Source: Ptychomitrium polyphyllum (taxonomy: Eukaryota). Taken from it: 64,000 nt of DNA. Position 1 is the stretch's first letter, and each line of letters begins with the position of its first letter. The position numbers were made by a program, and so were the translations under genes. This document shows, piece by piece, positions 62,413 through 64,000 of this stretch. The notes beneath the pieces are model-generated. The model saw only the letters and a list, made by a program, of their open reading frames with translations, was not told the origin of the DNA and made no database searches. The DNA is taken from contig OZ316776.1 in assembly GCA_973851085.1 (NCBI GenBank), positions 4,712,001-4,776,000 of the forward strand, in the 5' to 3' direction.

Positions 62413-64000
62413 GATGCTCCTCCCTCCTCAAAAACCTCCCACAAGTCGATCCAAACAACCTCTACGACTGCCAGAAAAACTGAAACGATCCGCAGTCACC
62501 AACCCATGATCAGGGACTTTCGTAATATGTCACAATGATCCTCGAAGTTGCAACGCGAGATTCGCATCGCATCGCATCGCAGTGCACATGAAGAAACTTG
62601 GAGTTTCCGTGGCTGCGCGTGTAGACTGCATGACATCTGTCGCGCAGATCGACCTAGGATATCACATCCGACGGCGGGCATACTGTGTGACAGCGTGTAG
62701 TGCGCAAACACGGCCTTGGGGGAATATTCTTCGAATCTCGGAGTCGACGGCATTGCCCATTGCCGTGGGTGGCATTCAGCGATGTGTAACGTGGTTTCAG
62801 GACCCTTATAACTCTGTGAGTGATGATTTTAGGTTGCTGGATGTAGTACGAATAGAAACCTTTTAGTTCCTTGATGTCTATTTGTCCCTTTGTCCACACT
62901 TGTAAAATTACTTTAAATTTTAGATTTAGAGACCTGCATTATTTACTAGCACATCTTGGATGTGATAGCAGTCATATTTGTTTTATTGATCTTGAATGCC
63001 ACCTATACTAATGAATGTTTTTGGAATATCAAAGGATATCACCATGGTATCAAAATATATTAGTTTGGTATTGTTTGGTTTTGAAGACAAAGTCTATAGA
63101 TATTCATGGGATATTTTATTTCTTATATTAGTAATTAAAGATCTTGTGTGATGAGGAGTCAAAAACTATAAAAATTATAAAAATAAATTTGAGAAATTCC
63201 ATGAATACATTCTAGTTGAAATTTTGTTTGGATTGTATATTAGTACTTGGAGTGTATTTATGTGGACAATAATGGTAGTTTAAATGAAGATACATGTTAC
63301 GGTCTTTAGATATTGTATGTATTAATAGGATAATTTAAAGGAGATATTAAAGGTACATAATAGAAATATTCTATTATTTTAGGATAATATTTTTGGGTTA
63401 TTTTAGATGTATTACTAAAAGATTTTTGAATTATTTTTTGAACATCCTATATTATTTCTAAAACAATAATTTTTATACTTTTGAGAAACATTTAAAAAAT
63501 TCTATTTAAATTTATAACATTTTATCATTATTAATAAGTGAATTCCTTAGGAATGATAGTTTGAATATTGCAATAATTCCTTCTTGCAAATTTAGGCTAC
63601 CATAATGAGCAAAATAATTTTATGCTTAAATTATTTATGATGATCATTTTTAAAAGCATTATGATAATTTCATATGTCTTTTTATTGATGAATTTTTTTA
63701 TATTCACTTTTAAGTAATTATCTTAGAAATAATTACATAAGTTAGCAGTTGGCTTAAATGTTGAATATATACCTCACTAAAATTGCAAAAGTAGAAACAT
63801 GTGAAACCAAAGTACGGTTGTAAATCCGGAGTAGTAATTCTGTATAACTGGAGCTGTGCCGACACCCATATTCTAACTCCATTAAGTCGTTTGAACTTTT
63901 GCCTTGTTGTTGACTTTGCTGAGTTTTATTTCCCAGCATGTAAACATGGTCGGCACAAGTGAGTACAGGGATTCAAAGGTCAAATAAAGACAACATAATC

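Overview
Eukaryotic, intron-rich plant nuclear DNA, most likely from a moss. That assignment is an inference from protein style, a PIND-like PIN gene, and GC-rich gene islands separated by very AT-rich blocks. I could splice nine protein-coding genes by hand with GT-AG introns and consistent frames: a 5'-truncated DUF1295/steroid-5-alpha-reductase-like gene, cytochrome b5, a kinesin-light-chain-related TPR protein (KLCR/CMU-like), a short extensin-like protein, a TMEM185/Fragile-X-F-associated RING protein, the multidomain monothiol glutaredoxin GRXS17, cathepsin B, a non-canonical PIN auxin carrier and MICU. The most interesting features the gene list does not explain are: (1) a 942-bp TTAA-flanked, CCC...GGG-terminated piggyBac-like non-autonomous element; (2) a cluster of four TGTCGN ARF-type sites with DR5 and ER13 spacing upstream of the PIN gene; (3) a GRXS17 whose third Grx domain has lost the CGFS motif; (4) a ~430-bp fold-back whose mismatches are mostly G-T; (5) a tRNA-derived SINE candidate; (6) three ~150-165-bp tandem repeats in the GRXS17 5' region. 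I found no CRISPR array, rRNA or intact tRNA. All calls are by eye, with no database searches.
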